From: Mycobacterium paraterrae
GTDB lineage: Bacteria; Actinomycetota; Actinomycetes; Mycobacteriales; Mycobacteriaceae
Assembly (NCBI RefSeq): GCF_022430545.2
Contig: NZ_CP092488.2
Location: 1,778,784 to 1,810,783 of the forward strand
Direction: 5' to 3'
DNA: 32,000 bases
Of the stretch, positions 30,781 to 32,000 are shown one piece after another (positions within the stretch are counted from its first letter, which is position 1; every line of letters starts with the position of its first letter). The position numbers and the translations under genes were made by a program. The notes under the pieces were generated by a model that made no database searches, was not told where the DNA came from, and saw only the letters and a program-made list of their open reading frames with translations.

Positions 30781-31416
30781 ATGACAACGACCCCCGATGT
30801 ATTGCAGTCCGGGGCCGCGTCTGCGGCCCTCGAGCTCGCCCGCACCACAGAGTCCGCGCCGGTGTTCAACCACAGTGTGCGCAGCTTCCTATTCGCCGAA
30901 CTGCTGGCCGACAACGACGGCTTGCAGGCGAGCTCCGATTACGATCGTGAGGCCGTGTTTTTCGGATGCGTGCTGCACGACCTGGGCGCTGGATCGAACG
31001 CCGCGGGAAGAACCCGCTTCGAAGTCGAGGGCGCCGATTTGGCCGCAGATTTTCTGACCAACCACGGCTATGGCGCCGACACCGTGGACAGTGTGTGGGA
31101 AGCCATCGCCTTGCACACCTCCGGCGGGATCGCCGAACGGCGTGGACCGGTCTGCTATCTGGTCCGGGGCGGTATCGGCATGGACTTCGGCCGCAACGTC
31201 GACCTTGTCGACGATGCCACCGCTGCCGCGATTCACACGCGCTATCCCCGACTGCACATGGAGCGGGCCCTAGTCGATGCCGTGGTAGCCCACGCGATGA
31301 AAAGCCCTGAGGCCGCGCCCCTGTTCTCCATGCCGGCGGTGCTGCTGAGCGATCGGCGAAGCGGTGAACTCACCTCGCTGGAGCGCGCAGCGCACACCAG
31401 CCGCTGGGGGGCCTAA
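30781..31416 (+). CDS. HD-domain metal-dependent phosphohydrolase-superfamily protein
   Basis: NHSVRSFLFAELLA and FFGCVLHDLGA supply the H...HD signature. The ATG at 30781 is preferred over the TTG at 30760. Confidence 0.7.
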   Translation: MTTTPDVLQSGAASAALELARTTESAPVFNHSVRSFLFAELLADNDGLQASSDYDREAVFFGCVLHDLGAGSNAAGRTRFEVEGADLAADFLTNHGYGADTVDSVWEAIALHTSGGIAERRGPVCYLVRGGIGMDFGRNVDLVDDATAAAIHTRYPRLHMERALVDAVVAHAMKSPEAAPLFSMPAVLLSDRRSGELTSLERAAHTSRWGA

Positions 31417-31579
31417 GCCTCAAGTCGAACGCTACCGGGGGGCGATAGTTGAGCAACCGACTCCCGGTGAAGATGGTGTTGCCCGGGCACAGGCGGGCCG
31501 CCTCAGCGTCAACGTTGGGCCGTTGTCGATGCGTCCATCTGGCGAGCCCTACGCTCACCCCGGTGTCAATGCTGAGCCG

Positions 31580-32000
31580 TCAGAACAGCTTCGCGGCCTC
31601 CAGCTCAAGGGCTTTCATCGTGTTGATGAAGGGGATCGGGCCGTAGCTGATGCGTCGTACGCCGATCTCGGCCAGCCGTTCATTGGGCGGCACACCGTCC
31701 ATCACCATCACGTTGACCGGCAGTGAGACACCTTCGCAGATCCGGGCGATCAAATGCTCTTCTTGTAGACCCGGGATGAAAAAGCTGGACGCCCCGGCAT
31801 CGGCGTAGGCCTTCGCCCGCTCTACCGCCGCGCCGACGGTGGCCTCGGGATCGTTGCCGCGACCTAAGAACAGGTCGGTCCGCGCATTGATGAACAGCGG
31901 GACTCCCGTCTTGTCGGCCGCCGCGCGAATCGCGGCGATGCGCTGCGCCTGCCGATCGAGCGGGTAAAGGTCGGGCCCGTTGACGATCTGATCTTCGAAA
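31580..32000 (-). CDS. Isocitrate lyase / PEP mutase superfamily protein (3' part only; 5' end lies beyond the window)
   Basis: Manual reverse translation gives FEDQIVNGPDLYPLDRQAQRIAAIRAAADKTGVPLFINARTDLFLGRG...AYADAGASSFFIPGL...VNVMVMDG...RISYGPIPFINTMKALELEAAKLF*. The EDQ and INARTD motifs are typical of the superfamily. It is absent from the ORF track because no start codon lies in the window. Confidence 0.75.
   Translation of the reverse strand, partial: FEDQIVNGPDLYPLDRQAQRIAAIRAAADKTGVPLFINARTDLFLGRGNDPEATVGAAVERAKAYADAGASSFFIPGLQEEHLIARICEGVSLPVNVMVMDGVPPNERLAEIGVRRISYGPIPFINTMKALELEAAKLF

Noticed and set aside
1-32000. Scan for tRNA, rRNA, CRISPR arrays, transposases, integrases, phage genes, toxin-antitoxin pairs and known defence-system components.
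   Set aside because: None recognised by eye. The only mobile genetic element I can support is the DnaB intein.

Overview
High-GC actinobacterial DNA with Mycobacterium-type synteny. The first ~9.3 kb is a conserved core block in the same order as M. tuberculosis Rv0050-Rv0058: ponA1, an Rv0051-like polytopic membrane protein, rpsF, ssb, rpsR, rplI and dnaB. dnaB is split inside its Walker-A loop by a 417-aa intein. The intein has a class-3 (Ala1, W-C-T) signature, a LAGLIDADG homing-endonuclease domain and a Cys-rich zinc-ribbon-like insert. Right after dnaB the composition drops by eye and about 1.1 kb has no credible gene. The remaining ~22 kb looks like an accessory redox/xenobiotic island. 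It encodes an azoreductase, a CGNR regulator, an F420-type (Ddn-like) reductase, two paralogous 235-aa SDRs, a tandem DUF1330 pair and an orphan RshA-like anti-sigma factor. It also encodes a secreted protein, a PaaI thioesterase, an AraC regulator with an isochorismatase-like hydrolase, an enoyl-reductase-like MDR and an HD protein, and a partial ICL/PEP-mutase gene. The best candidate for an undescribed system is at 17.0-25.5 kb: an Fdc1-like UbiD (de)carboxylase, a UbiX prenyltransferase with an unexplained ~108-aa C-terminal extension, an MDR reductase and a carboxylic acid reductase (A-T-R). No tRNA, rRNA, CRISPR array, transposase or integrase was seen. All homology statements rest on motif recognition by eye and no searches were run.
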